From positions 1 to 64,000 of IMG/VR virus record IMGVR_UViG_3300034044_000040: a stretch of 64,000 bases of DNA; one strand, given 5' to 3'. Every line of letters begins with the position of its first letter. Within the stretch, counting starts at the first letter, position 1. The translations under genes were made by a program, and so were the position numbers. This DNA is from a virus. A model generated the notes under the pieces. The model was given only the letters and a program-made list of their open reading frames with translations, had not been told where the DNA came from and searched no databases. Positions 9,482 to 19,972 of the stretch are shown here, one piece after another.

Positions 9482-9802
9482 ATGGACTTATGGGTGCTGG
9501 GTATCCTGTGGATCGGTGCTTACCTTTTCACGCGCAGAAATCGGCAGTGCCGGTGTAAACAGTGCGAACATCCAGAACAACCAGAGCCTCAAGAGCAGGC
9601 TGCGCACCCTGACCTCACCAAATTGCGCAACGATCTGTACGCCCTCGACATGAAGATCAGTATGATTGACAGGGTGGTGGCTGGTATGCTCCGGGATCGG
9701 GAGCAGGAATTGCGGGATGCCACCACATCACCCCCTCCGGCCCGCACGCCCACACGGCCCACGCGGGAGACAAAATATCTGCGTAAACTCGATCTACAAT
9801 AA
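9482..9802 (+). CDS. membrane-anchored coiled-coil protein
   Basis: N-terminal TM, CxCxxC, ends LRKLDLQ. Confidence 0.6.
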   Translation: MDLWVLGILWIGAYLFTRRNRQCRCKQCEHPEQPEPQEQAAHPDLTKLRNDLYALDMKISMIDRVVAGMLRDREQELRDATTSPPPARTPTRPTRETKYLRKLDLQ

Positions 9803-9813
9803 GCATTTTTCTC

Positions 9814-9841
9814 TTGCAAATAATCGTGGTTGTGTTATGCT
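9814..9841 (+). promoter_or_regulatory. Early promoter, family copy 4
   Basis: 9805-9860 is identical to 168-223 (56 bp). Confidence 0.85.
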
Positions 9842-9871
9842 GTAAAAGTCAGAAGAGAGAGGGACACAATC

Positions 9872-11809
9872 ATGACCGCTTTAACGCTTACAGACCAACG
9901 CCCATGCGCGCTGAATTTTCTCAAACAAGAGACGGAATACCGCAAATACGGGACCACGTTTTACCACACCGACACGAATTCGGATCACGTTCTGCACCTG
10001 CCCATCGTAGGTCTTCTGATCACGAAACACCCAAGCTGGGATTACTATGTGAAGAAGCACTTCTGGCTGGACCAAATTGCTGAAAACCCAGACATGACAG
10101 AACCTACTGAATGCCTCACCGCTGCACTGGTGCTGGCCCCGCGCCTGACCAAAAACCAGCTGGATTACATAGATTGGTTCACTCAGTCACAGTTTACCCG
10201 AGTGTGGAGCGAAGAAACGAATTCGTTCGTCTTGTTCCGCAAGGTGATGTACGAGAATTACACCTACAGTGCTCCGAGGGAGGTGCGTGCTCACGCGCAA
10301 ATCAGGAGCACGTGTGGTCGCCCCTATGTCACCGCGCATTTTCATGAGGAGCAGGGCGACCCCGCGCGGGTATGGGTTACGCAGGATGCCGTGGACGTGG
10401 CGATAACGGTGGGTTACGCGATCAGCCGGGCCATCGGCAAATCAGATTACACCATCTATATTCACCCTTGCGGGGCACGTAACATTGAGGGCTTCGATAT
10501 CAACCGCGCAGCCGTGAGAAACATGGTAACCGCATGGAACCAGCTTAACGCGGGTCCGGAGGAAGGGGAGCAGGAGAATGTAGCAGATGCCAGCCGGTTT
10601 AGCACCTTCGACACGCATGAAGCGGTACGCATCCTGCGGCCCGTCAGCCGGGACATGGACCTTCCCATACGTGCAGACGCCGATGTGTCCAAGAACACGC
10701 TTGACAGGCAATCTGTCACTGGGCTGTGCAGGAGTATCAAAGCGATCACGAAGCGCCAGAAGGAAAAAATGGAAATGCCGAAAGCCGCAGGCAGGCTGAT
10801 AAACTTCGGCATAGACGAAGAGAAGGCACCTGACACCGCACTCGTGCCGAGAGATTTCATGGATGGGTTTTCCTACGACCGTGGCACCAGCTATGACAAT
10901 ACCATCGGTGATCTCATGGTCATCGGGCTTACGAAATCACTCACACCGATCAGGTTCCAGCCCGTCACCACTGAGTGGGTGGTGGACAGAAACTTGACGA
11001 GTGACATACTCAGCATCGAGCATTCCGCGATGTGGACCCGAGAACTGCGCACGTCATGGCTGTCACCGGAGAGCCGGGTGTATGTGCACAAAAGCGCCAC
11101 GCATTTCAGGTTCCTGTTTGCTGTAAAAGTCAACGCTGTATTACCAATACGGCTCAGCTCGATGACCAAATTTCCCGTGTTCATTTGTTTTGGGCACAAT
11201 GTACCGGTCGCTGGCATCAACACCGACTTCAGGACGACTTGGCGCGGCGCGCATCCTGATCTCATCGCTGCAATCAACGCGGTTCCGGGACTTCCCATCG
11301 CCTTGGTGTCCGCCCTGAATGAGGCCGGGGCGCAGATGAAGAAGATATCTGGGGATGCTGACACCTTTTGGGGGTTGTTCAATGCAGAGCGTCCATGCGA
11401 CGGGCATGTCATAGCGTTTACAGGATGGGGCCGCGAAGAAATAGAACGCCTCGACGATGAAGTAGGGATGACACGTGATGAAGATCAACGATCAATGTAT
11501 TACAGGACGTGGAAGGATAAATACGGTTTTGGCGGGAGCAACATAGATTACCGCAGAGACGGCCTGTGGAGCGTTCACAAAATAAGGGCGCGTGGATACC
11601 GGGGCCGGGGCGTTCCTTACCCTCGGGTGCTGGATTACGCGAAGCGGTGCTTCGCCAACGTGGGCAAAAACCTGATCGTGACCGCCGCCCCACGGACGGA
11701 GGGAAGCAATCTAAAATTGCAACCAGTTGCACGGCATCTGGATATCGACAACGAAACTGATATCCGGAAGAACGATTACCGGCTGAACAGGACCGTGAAC
11801 CTGTTTTGA
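9872..11809 (+). CDS. large hypothetical early protein (645 aa)
   Basis: GAGGGA RBS behind promoter copy 4; no family recognised. Confidence 0.75.
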   Translation: MTALTLTDQRPCALNFLKQETEYRKYGTTFYHTDTNSDHVLHLPIVGLLITKHPSWDYYVKKHFWLDQIAENPDMTEPTECLTAALVLAPRLTKNQLDYIDWFTQSQFTRVWSEETNSFVLFRKVMYENYTYSAPREVRAHAQIRSTCGRPYVTAHFHEEQGDPARVWVTQDAVDVAITVGYAISRAIGKSDYTIYIHPCGARNIEGFDINRAAVRNMVTAWNQLNAGPEEGEQENVADASRFSTFDTHEAVRILRPVSRDMDLPIRADADVSKNTLDRQSVTGLCRSIKAITKRQKEKMEMPKAAGRLINFGIDEEKAPDTALVPRDFMDGFSYDRGTSYDNTIGDLMVIGLTKSLTPIRFQPVTTEWVVDRNLTSDILSIEHSAMWTRELRTSWLSPESRVYVHKSATHFRFLFAVKVNAVLPIRLSSMTKFPVFICFGHNVPVAGINTDFRTTWRGAHPDLIAAINAVPGLPIALVSALNEAGAQMKKISGDADTFWGLFNAERPCDGHVIAFTGWGREEIERLDDEVGMTRDEDQRSMYYRTWKDKYGFGGSNIDYRRDGLWSVHKIRARGYRGRGVPYPRVLDYAKRCFANVGKNLIVTAAPRTEGSNLKLQPVARHLDIDNETDIRKNDYRLNRTVNLF

Positions 11810-11901
11810 CCGGGCCTTGAAAAGTGCTACCCTTTCTCGTACTCTGTGATATACGTGTAGCTGACAATCACAGCACCCTATCATAGAAGGACGAGATCGG
11901 G

Positions 11902-13626
11902 ATGGCCGAACACACCCATACCACGATGGACGCACGCCGCGAAGGTGCGGTCGTTCCCATTCGAACACGACGGATTGCACAGGATGATGATGAAACGCTT
12001 GAACAGGTCCGGAAGGGCGCATTCACAAGCCAGCAGATCGACGATCCTTTTGCAAAATTCGGAGGAGCTGTCAGTGGATCGGCGCTGAGTGACGTCAAAC
12101 CCCCATTCAACATGGCGGCGTTGCTGCGCATGGCAATCGAAAACTCCACGCTGAAACAGTGCATCGAGACCATGGTGACGAACGTGTCAGGCCACGGGCA
12201 TCGCCTAGAATTCATCGGGGATCAGGATCAGGTGCAGAATGCGGAAGTGCTTCAGGAAGCCAAGGATATCGAAGAATTCCTCAACCACATCAACGGGGAC
12301 TATTCAATCCTCGAACTGAAGAAGAGGGTACGGTGGGATTTGGAAGCCGTGGGTAACGCATTCATTGAGGTGGCGCGGAACCGAAAGGGACAGATCACAG
12401 CGGCATGGCATGTCCCCGGCCATCTGATGCGGCTGACCGAGACCGACAAGAAACCCACCGTGGTGACCCAGACCCTGCCACGCTTCGGCACTTTGGAGAA
12501 AACGCAAGTCGAGAAATACTTCCGCAGGTTCGTGCAGATCAAAGGCATGAAGCGGGTGTATTTCAAGGAATTTGGCGACCCCCGGCAGATCGACCCGACG
12601 AACGGGGCGGAGAACAACAGCCTATCCTTCGAAGACACAGCGACCGAGATCATCCACATGGCATTGTACCATGCAGGCAGTGCGTATGGGCTGCCCCGGT
12701 GGATCAACAACGTCGTGGCAATTCAGGGATCACGGCAGGCGGAATTGACCAATCTGGATTTCTTCAGCGAAAACGCAGTGCCAGCCATGGTGGTACTGGT
12801 CGCTGGCGGCATGATCAGCCAAGGTACCATGAGCGCGCTGGAAAATCACTTCACCGCATTGCGCGGCAGGCAGGCAGCGAACAGGGTTGTGATCGTGGAA
12901 GCCTTTGGGGATCAGGAAGCAAAAAGCGAAGACGGCACGGTGCCCCCGCCGAAGCTGGAACTGAAACCCCTGTCCTCTGAGCGCCCGAAGGAGGGCATGT
13001 TTCTGGAATACGACAAGATGCAGACGGACAAGGTGCGGTCATCTTTCAGGCTGCCACCGATCTTTCTGGGCCTGAGCCAAGATTACACGCACGCCACGGC
13101 AAACACCTCATATGACGTGGCTGAAGGGCAGGTGTTCGGGCCGGAGCGCGTCAAAGAAGACGATATCGTGAACCGCAAATTGCTTGGCGGATATGATGTG
13201 AAATATTGGGAAGTGCGCTCGAACCCACCGCGCATCACCGATCCTTCTGAGATACTGGACGCGGTTTCCAAATTTGACACCGTGGGGGCGATGACCCCCA
13301 ACACTGCGGTCGGTATCGCCAACGAACTGTTTGATTTGCAGATGACGCGGATCAAGGAGCCGTGGGGCAACCTGCCTATGGCGGTCGTGGACAAACTCAT
13401 CACGTCAGGCGCGCTGGCACCCGATGAGGACGGCTTGTTGCATTTCGTTGATCCAGACACGATCCCTACAGCTGATCAGCCCGCGCAGGATCAGACCGCA
13501 CCGGCGGAGGACAAGAACAAGACCATCCGCCGTGCGATGATGGATTTGCGCGATCAGCTGATCAACCGGAAGGCAGATACCGTTGCCGTCGGGACCGTGC
13601 GGGAGCGGAAACGTGTTCCACATTGA
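11902..13626 (+). CDS. portal protein, PBSX family
   Basis: DLEAVGNAFIEVARN, EIIH...YGLPRW, FFSENAVP, SFRLPPIFLG motifs. Confidence 0.9.
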   Translation: MAEHTHTTMDARREGAVVPIRTRRIAQDDDETLEQVRKGAFTSQQIDDPFAKFGGAVSGSALSDVKPPFNMAALLRMAIENSTLKQCIETMVTNVSGHGHRLEFIGDQDQVQNAEVLQEAKDIEEFLNHINGDYSILELKKRVRWDLEAVGNAFIEVARNRKGQITAAWHVPGHLMRLTETDKKPTVVTQTLPRFGTLEKTQVEKYFRRFVQIKGMKRVYFKEFGDPRQIDPTNGAENNSLSFEDTATEIIHMALYHAGSAYGLPRWINNVVAIQGSRQAELTNLDFFSENAVPAMVVLVAGGMISQGTMSALENHFTALRGRQAANRVVIVEAFGDQEAKSEDGTVPPPKLELKPLSSERPKEGMFLEYDKMQTDKVRSSFRLPPIFLGLSQDYTHATANTSYDVAEGQVFGPERVKEDDIVNRKLLGGYDVKYWEVRSNPPRITDPSEILDAVSKFDTVGAMTPNTAVGIANELFDLQMTRIKEPWGNLPMAVVDKLITSGALAPDEDGLLHFVDPDTIPTADQPAQDQTAPAEDKNKTIRRAMMDLRDQLINRKADTVAVGTVRERKRVPH

Positions 13627-14590
13627 TCCGCATAATCTGGATGCAAATAACTGCCCGTGCTGCGGCGGCAGCCACGAGGTGTACCAGACCCTCGATGAAA
13701 TGGCGTTTGACTGCACAGCGCTGACTTTGAACCGGCTCAAGGGTGAGGAGATCGTCACGCGGGCACAGCTTGCCAATCGGGATGACGTGAATTTCCTAGA
13801 AATGGAACTGGCGGCGTCACTGGCACTGGCAGAAGATGCGCTTTCCCTTGTCCCTCGGGTGGAAGACATCATATTGCCGCACCTGAAGGAAGACCTCCGG
13901 GCGGATCAGGTATATGACGCCATGGATAGGGCGAACAGTCTGTGGAGGAACGAGAGTTTCAAGGAAGAAACATCCACCAAATGGGAGGAGGCCATCGCAC
14001 TGGCGCTTGCCGTCGGGGTGGTCACGGCGAACGACGCGGTGTTTGTGCCCAGAGAATTCAGAACCGGGATGATAAACGGGATGAACCGGGCGGCAAAATA
14101 TTACACCAACGAGTTTTTCAATACGCAGGTCATGCCTTCCCTGTATGGTGCCGTGGATCGCGTGCTTTATGGGGATCAGACCGGGGCCAAGGCAGCATTC
14201 ACTCTTGTCCGGGAAACACTAGACAAGCGATTGAAGTCGGTACCCTACTGGAACGTCGTGGCCAACGCCGCAACCAGCCGATCCTATCACTATGGTATGC
14301 TGCGCGCTGGGCAGTTTGCAGGAAAATCATCATTCCGATACGTGGCGGTCATGGACAAGCGGACCTCTGATATCTGCACGAACATGAATGGAAGAGAGTG
14401 GACAATTTCTGTCGGACTGAACCTGATGCAGCGCGTCATCAACGCGGAGCACCCGGAAGATTTGAAGACCATCACCCCATGGATGAAATATCAAGACATG
14501 AAAAATCTTGATGAGAGTGCACTGGCGGAAGCCGGAGTGATTGTGCCCCCGCTGCATGGCCGGTGCCGATCCACGATTGCCCTGATCTGA
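13613..14590 (+). CDS. head morphogenesis protein (MuF/SPP1 gp7-like)
   Basis: AVMDKRTSDICTNMNG...PPLHGRCRST; GTG start after GGGAG. Confidence 0.85.
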   Translation: MFHIDPHNLDANNCPCCGGSHEVYQTLDEMAFDCTALTLNRLKGEEIVTRAQLANRDDVNFLEMELAASLALAEDALSLVPRVEDIILPHLKEDLRADQVYDAMDRANSLWRNESFKEETSTKWEEAIALALAVGVVTANDAVFVPREFRTGMINGMNRAAKYYTNEFFNTQVMPSLYGAVDRVLYGDQTGAKAAFTLVRETLDKRLKSVPYWNVVANAATSRSYHYGMLRAGQFAGKSSFRYVAVMDKRTSDICTNMNGREWTISVGLNLMQRVINAEHPEDLKTITPWMKYQDMKNLDESALAEAGVIVPPLHGRCRSTIALI

Positions 14591-14601
14591 GGGCAAGTCG
14601 T

Positions 14602-14853
14602 ATGCCGTGGGCTTTTTGGAGTAGAACCCTGAACATCCTGACGCTGGGCAGAAAGGGGGAGACCTTTTGTTGTCGCGCTTTCCGGTGTTGGCTGGAGGGC
14701 GCGTTCCCCGGCCACCTATTCTGGAAACTGGTATGCAAGCTGCTGGATAGTCTGGCCATGTGGTACTGGGGTGAGCGCGTGCACTGTTACAACCAGTATA
14801 ATTTTCATCTGCTCAACCGGGCAAATGACATCGAGGACACGATTGATACGTGA
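14602..14853 (+). CDS. small conserved phage protein
   Basis: N...G..GET...R...W...D.L...HC pattern. Confidence 0.5.
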   Translation: MPWAFWSRTLNILTLGRKGETFCCRAFRCWLEGAFPGHLFWKLVCKLLDSLAMWYWGERVHCYNQYNFHLLNRANDIEDTIDT

Positions 14854-14964
14854 TATTTCGTGCAACGGGTTGCAACGTGATTTAAGATAGGCTACAAATG
14901 CTGGTGACGAAGCCAGCGTACCCTCTGGCATCAGAGATTATATTTCACGCAGGCCATCGAACAC

Positions 14965-15576
14965 ATGACCCTCGACGTCCAAAAATTATCTCGACTTTGC
15001 CCGATCCGTCGTACCAATGATGACGAACGCCTTATCTATGCAGAGGTGTACGCACCCAACACGCTGGATACCTACGGCGAGTTTATGCTGGAAGACGACA
15101 TCAAAAAAATGGCACACAGGTTCATGAAGCTGGACCTGTCAAAGACCATCGACACCAATCACGACAACATTCCTAACGGCTCGCACCCTGTTGAGAGTTT
15201 CATCGCCCGTGCAGATGATCCAGATTTCACAGAGGGCGCGTGGGTTCTGGGCGTGCATGTGCCGGATGACATCATCTGGAAGGCCATAAAAAGTGGTGAG
15301 TTGAACTGCTATTCTTTCGAGGCCATGGTGCGGCCCGTGGAATACAAAACGGCTGTGTCCGTTATTCGCGATCATGTCGGCGTGACGAAAAAGGCAGAAG
15401 ACGACAAGGGCACAGATCATCACCACACGTTCTTTGTGCAGGTGGATCAGACCGGTGTGATCCGGAATGGTATGACATCACCCGGCCCGGACGGCCATGT
15501 GCACCGCATAGCGGGACCGTCACGGACAGAACGTGCAGGTGCGGATAACCATAACCACAGATTTGACCTGTTTTGA
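14965..15576 (+). CDS. XkdF-like prohead serine protease
   Basis: IYAEVYAPNTLDTYGEF, IDTNHD, VESFIA, GAWVLGVHV, IKSGELNCYSFE. Confidence 0.85.
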   Translation: MTLDVQKLSRLCPIRRTNDDERLIYAEVYAPNTLDTYGEFMLEDDIKKMAHRFMKLDLSKTIDTNHDNIPNGSHPVESFIARADDPDFTEGAWVLGVHVPDDIIWKAIKSGELNCYSFEAMVRPVEYKTAVSVIRDHVGVTKKAEDDKGTDHHHTFFVQVDQTGVIRNGMTSPGPDGHVHRIAGPSRTERAGADNHNHRFDLF

Positions 15577-15589
15577 GGATACCTGACCC

Positions 15590-16930
15590 ATGAAACGTAA
15601 ACCTAAAACGAACATCGTCACGGCCCGTGCCCTGACTGATCCTGATCCCGCATTTGTATCTCTGGTCAAAGGCGGTGCAAACCAGCGGCCCTATCGGGCT
15701 GTTAAAATGGAGAGCGTCGAAGCGACGGCTCCACATGAAACCCGAAAGGAAAGTGACATGTCGAAGACACAGATTGTGCCGGAAGGCCACGACATCGCCG
15801 CGTTGAAGTTTGCATCCAAGCACTTCGCGGACGAACACGCCGTGGAAGCATGGCTGAAGCAAGGCGGATATGAAGGCTATAAGATCGAGAAGACCAAAGC
15901 TGGCTTCGAGGTCAATGCCACCGATGTGACCTTCAAGGAAGGTTCGCTGACGAAAGTGGATGGGGCCGTGAGCGGCCTGACCGTGTATATCGGTGAACTT
16001 GAGGGTGAGACACCTGCCGAGAAATCGGAAGACGAACAGGTTGCAGAGCACGCGGAAGACAACACCAGCGCCGTGCAACCAGTTGCAAAAAAAGGTGAAG
16101 CCCCCGTTGCTGATGCAGCGGATGAGGCCAAGGTCAAAGCCACGGTAAAAACCAGCGCCAAAACCAAGGCCACGGCAGATACCAAGGTTGAGAAAGCCGA
16201 CGCAGACACCAACGCGGTGGAAGCCGTGGCGGCGGATGATGAAAAAGTGGATGTGGCCAAAATGGTTGAAGACTTCATTGCCTCCAAAAAAGGCAACTAT
16301 GAGGTTTCCATGTTGTCCATGGTGCTGATGGACCTTGCCTACCTCGTGATGGATGCGGACTATATGGGCACGGACGACGCCACGGTTTCGCAGATCAAGA
16401 CGGCTGCAAAGACCCTCATCACCGCCCTGACCAATGAAATGGGTAACAGCGTTGCAGCCTTTGAAGATGCGTTCAAGGCCATTGCGGCGAAGCATGGTGT
16501 GGTTATCTCGGAAGCACCCGCAGCTGAAGCGGACGTACCTCCGGCTGACACCGCTACCCCGGCAGACGAAGCTGGTGTGGCAACGAAATCCGACGACGCC
16601 GGAGAGGGCACGAAGGATGAACTGGTAGTGAAGAAGGATGATCCTTTGATCGCTGCCATCGCAGGGCTGACAAATGCTGTTGCCGGTATGAAAACCGACA
16701 TGGCAGCCAGCCTGAAAGAGATCAACGATAAGGTGGATGCCACCAAGGCGGAGATCAATGAGCGGGTTGAAGCGGTCGAGACGACCTCGCAGTCCCGCAA
16801 AGGAGCAGATGTTACCGGTGATACGGAAGAAGCAACAGCCGATGCAGCGCAGAAAGCCGAAGGTGAAAACCGGAAGCGTAAAGTCCGCCTTGCATCCGCG
16901 CTGGGGCATCCAAACCCTGATCGCGTGTAA
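15590..16930 (+). CDS. scaffold/prohead protein
   Basis: Acidic, Ala/Lys-rich; between protease and capsid; N-terminal FVSLVKGGAN. Confidence 0.7.
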   Translation: MKRKPKTNIVTARALTDPDPAFVSLVKGGANQRPYRAVKMESVEATAPHETRKESDMSKTQIVPEGHDIAALKFASKHFADEHAVEAWLKQGGYEGYKIEKTKAGFEVNATDVTFKEGSLTKVDGAVSGLTVYIGELEGETPAEKSEDEQVAEHAEDNTSAVQPVAKKGEAPVADAADEAKVKATVKTSAKTKATADTKVEKADADTNAVEAVAADDEKVDVAKMVEDFIASKKGNYEVSMLSMVLMDLAYLVMDADYMGTDDATVSQIKTAAKTLITALTNEMGNSVAAFEDAFKAIAAKHGVVISEAPAAEADVPPADTATPADEAGVATKSDDAGEGTKDELVVKKDDPLIAAIAGLTNAVAGMKTDMAASLKEINDKVDATKAEINERVEAVETTSQSRKGADVTGDTEEATADAAQKAEGENRKRKVRLASALGHPNPDRV

Positions 16931-16984
16931 CGCAGCACCTCTATTGCAACACTCTTGTAGCTTCAACAAAAAGGAAACCAAGCT

Positions 16985-17914
16985 ATGACAACTGAACTGT
17001 CCCGCAAAGCGGACCTCGCCCTCGCCGATCTTACGGCAGGCGGCGGTGTGCTCGATCCCGAACATCAGAATACCTTCTTTCAGAAGGTGATTGATGCTCC
17101 CACCATTTTCCGCGATGTACGCAGCGTGCAGATGGGTGGCCCTGAAATGAAAATCCCGAAGATCGGGTTTGGTTCTCGCGTATTGCGCGCCGCGCCGGTT
17201 GACGGTGGTGCTCAGGACGCTGGTAGCAACACCCGGCACCTGCCTTCGGCGGATCGTTCCAAGCCTGATTTTGGTCTGGTCACAATGAAGACCTCGGAAT
17301 TCATCGCGGAAATCCACCTGCATGATGACCTTCTGGAAGACAACTTGGAAAAAGAAGACCTCGTTGACACCATCATGAGCCTGCTGGCCGAGCGCGTTGC
17401 CCTCGACCTCGAAGAACTTCTGGTATCCGGTGACACGGCGTCGGCTGATGCATATCTCGCCGCGCAAGACGGTATTCTGAAACGGCTGACCACAAATGTG
17501 GTTGACGCATCTGCGGCTCCGATTTCCGCAACCGTGTTCAACAACATGAAGAAGGCCATGCCGACCAAGTATCGCCGGAACCTGAACGCCATGCGGTTCT
17601 ACACCTCGATGGATCAGGAAAGCGATTATCGTCTGGCCGTGTCGAGCCGTGGCACCAGCCTCGGTGATGCGATCCTGACCGGTAACACTCCGCTGCCCGT
17701 GCTTGGTATCCCGATGCGTCCCGTGGCACTTATGCCCGAGAGCAACGGTCTGCTGATCAACCCGCAGAACGTGATCTTCGGTATCCAGCGCAACATCCGC
17801 ATTGAGCGTGCCCGTGACATCCGCGCCCGTTCGTGGATCATCGTGCTGACAATGCGCGTGGCCATCCAGATCGAGGAGGAAGAGGCAGCTGTCAAGCTGA
17901 TCAACCTCGGCTAA
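16985..17914 (+). CDS. major capsid protein (HK97 fold, XkdG-like)
   Basis: GGVLDPE, LLEDNLE, ERVALDLEELLVSGD, DGILK; position; strong codon bias. Confidence 0.9.
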   Translation: MTTELSRKADLALADLTAGGGVLDPEHQNTFFQKVIDAPTIFRDVRSVQMGGPEMKIPKIGFGSRVLRAAPVDGGAQDAGSNTRHLPSADRSKPDFGLVTMKTSEFIAEIHLHDDLLEDNLEKEDLVDTIMSLLAERVALDLEELLVSGDTASADAYLAAQDGILKRLTTNVVDASAAPISATVFNNMKKAMPTKYRRNLNAMRFYTSMDQESDYRLAVSSRGTSLGDAILTGNTPLPVLGIPMRPVALMPESNGLLINPQNVIFGIQRNIRIERARDIRARSWIIVLTMRVAIQIEEEEAAVKLINLG

Positions 17915-17982
17915 ATCCTGAAGTGAGGGGGCAGCATCCGCTGTCCCCACATCCACACCCACTATGACTTAGGAGACACCCC

Positions 17983-18174
17983 ATGAAAATCACACCGCAA
18001 GGCGAGATTGTAGGAGGCGACAGTGGCCATCCGGGTACGGTCTTGTTCGCCCTCGCAAAAGCCCTTTTTGGGGTTGACGCGAATGGCCACGTGACCATCC
18101 CCGATGATCTCACCGCCGCCCCAACTTCATTCACCTCTGCCAGCTTCGTAGCTGAAGTGAACCTGAAAACGTAA
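17983..18174 (+). CDS. small virion protein
   Basis: AGGAG RBS; follows the capsid gene. Confidence 0.6.
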   Translation: MKITPQGEIVGGDSGHPGTVLFALAKALFGVDANGHVTIPDDLTAAPTSFTSASFVAEVNLKT

Positions 18175-18249
18175 CCCTGATCCCCAACCTGAGAGTTGGG
18201 GGTCTTTCATCTTTTTGTTATCTTGGCATCAACAGAAAAGGAAGCCAAC

Positions 18250-18549
18250 ATGTCCAAATCCACTCACACCGCAACCCTGAAAGACGGTCGCATCTACGTC
18301 CTCATGATCCAGAACGAGAAGGAACCCACAAAGCCGGTATCCATCACGTTCGAACAGGATAAGCCGAAACCCGTGACCGCAGCGATCAAGGCGCGTCTCG
18401 AAGAACAGGCGGTGGACGTGAATTATTTCCGGGGCCGTGAAGAAATGCGGTGCAAATTCGAATTCACTCCGATTTCGGTTGCCGCCAAGCCACGTGATCG
18501 CACAGCGGCACCTGCCACGACCCAGCCGACCCCGCCACAAGAGGCGTAA
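18250..18549 (+). CDS. hypothetical protein
   Basis: AAGGA RBS; followed by a terminator. Confidence 0.6.
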   Translation: MSKSTHTATLKDGRIYVLMIQNEKEPTKPVSITFEQDKPKPVTAAIKARLEEQAVDVNYFRGREEMRCKFEFTPISVAAKPRDRTAAPATTQPTPPQEA

Positions 18550-18573
18550 AAACTGCGATACGACTATGCGTAG

Positions 18574-18600
18574 GGGCCGGGTTTGATCCCCGGCCCTTTT
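18574..18600 (+). terminator. rho-independent terminator
   Basis: GGGCCGGG-loop-CCCGGCCC followed by TTTT. Confidence 0.7.
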
Positions 18601-18622
18601 CTATAACATCACGTTGAGGAAT

Positions 18623-19324
18623 ATGAGCATGACCACCCTTCCCATAGTCACACTGGCAACAGCCAAGACGTTCCTGAACCTGAGAGACAGTAACATTGCG
18701 CATGACGCGACCATCAACCTCATGGTAATCGCGGCAAGTGCAGAGATTGAACACGCCATCGGTCGCACCTTGGCGCAGGCGGTGCAGACAGAGCGGTTCA
18801 ATACGAGACGCACTTCCTACGTGGCGCTTGACTTGGGTGGGGAAAGCGAAAGTGGTACTGTGTCCCGCGCGACACGACAGAGCTACTATCTATCTGGGTT
18901 GTTTCCTGATGTGACTGCCGGTGTGAAAGTGTGGTATGATCCGGGCTTCACCTTCGACGATAGCAGCCTCCTCAAAGAGGGATCGGATTTCTACCTCGAC
19001 TGGAACGAAATGTATCTGACGCTGTTCACCGGCACCGCGAGCACGGTAAAAGGGGTGAAAGTGGAATACACTGCCGGGATCGTTCCTGATGCGGGGACGC
19101 TGGAAACGAACGCACCCGCAGACATAAAATTGGCGTGTCTCTATCAAACCGCGTTCCTGTTCAAACGCCACCGGGAAGATGCGGTTGGCATGACCGGAGA
19201 TCGTGGTGTACAGACCAAGCAAAGTAACGTACACGTCGGGGCGTGGAATGCACAGCAGGGTCTCTGCCAAGAGGCGCAGGGACAAATCAGGAAATACAAG
19301 CAGCTTTTGACTGGACGAGGATGA
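18623..19324 (+). CDS. head-tail connector/adaptor
   Basis: IVTLATAKTFL...AASAEIE...GR...VKVEYTAG...PADIKLAC. Confidence 0.8.
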   Translation: MSMTTLPIVTLATAKTFLNLRDSNIAHDATINLMVIAASAEIEHAIGRTLAQAVQTERFNTRRTSYVALDLGGESESGTVSRATRQSYYLSGLFPDVTAGVKVWYDPGFTFDDSSLLKEGSDFYLDWNEMYLTLFTGTASTVKGVKVEYTAGIVPDAGTLETNAPADIKLACLYQTAFLFKRHREDAVGMTGDRGVQTKQSNVHVGAWNAQQGLCQEAQGQIRKYKQLLTGRG

Positions 19325-19971
19325 TGCTGACAGTTGAGGTTAACATCGGACAGAAGGCATTCAAGGACGCCGTGGCGGCGTTCAATTATGTCGATGAAGC
19401 CTTGATCGGTATGCTGAACGGGGCGTCAACAGAACTCACGCAGGAACTGAAGAAGGCATTGCAACTGGTTGCAAACAAGATGCAGCAGCTGCACGGCAAT
19501 CCATGGACGCCGAGCGGCGGAAGCTCAGCGACATTACACTCCCGCTCCGGCGGTGGGTTGCGCGCCATCCAAAGATCAATAAAGGTGAACGGAAATGGCA
19601 CGCTGGCTGGCATAGCGGGCCGCATCACCACGGGGCCAATGGCAATCCACGAGACCGGTGGCACCATACGGGCAAAGAGTGCAGGATACCTTACCATCCC
19701 CCTACCATCGGCGCTGGATCAGCGCGGGGTACCGCTGAAGAAGCGTGCCAGAGAGTGGCAGAACACTTTCGTTGCCAGATCAAAGCGTGGCAATTTGCTG
19801 ATTTTCCAAAAACGGGGGCGCAACAACATCGTTCCTTTGTACATCCTCAAGCCGGAGGTTACCATCAAGCCGCGTCTCGGGATGGAAAAAGCCATCGTGT
19901 CGGACGCGCTGCCCTACTTCGAACGCAAAGCCTTTGAGGCCATCGTTCGGCATATTGAAGAGGTACTGTAA
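19321..19971 (+). CDS. neck/tail completion protein
   Basis: AIHETGGTIRAKSAGYLTIP...VTIKPR; position. Confidence 0.7.
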   Translation: MMLTVEVNIGQKAFKDAVAAFNYVDEALIGMLNGASTELTQELKKALQLVANKMQQLHGNPWTPSGGSSATLHSRSGGGLRAIQRSIKVNGNGTLAGIAGRITTGPMAIHETGGTIRAKSAGYLTIPLPSALDQRGVPLKKRAREWQNTFVARSKRGNLLIFQKRGRNNIVPLYILKPEVTIKPRLGMEKAIVSDALPYFERKAFEAIVRHIEEVL

Positions 19972-19972
19972 T

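Noticed and set aside
15362-17962. 866-aa minus-strand ORF
   Set aside because: Antisense shadow of the codon-biased scaffold and capsid genes; no RBS context or recognisable motifs.
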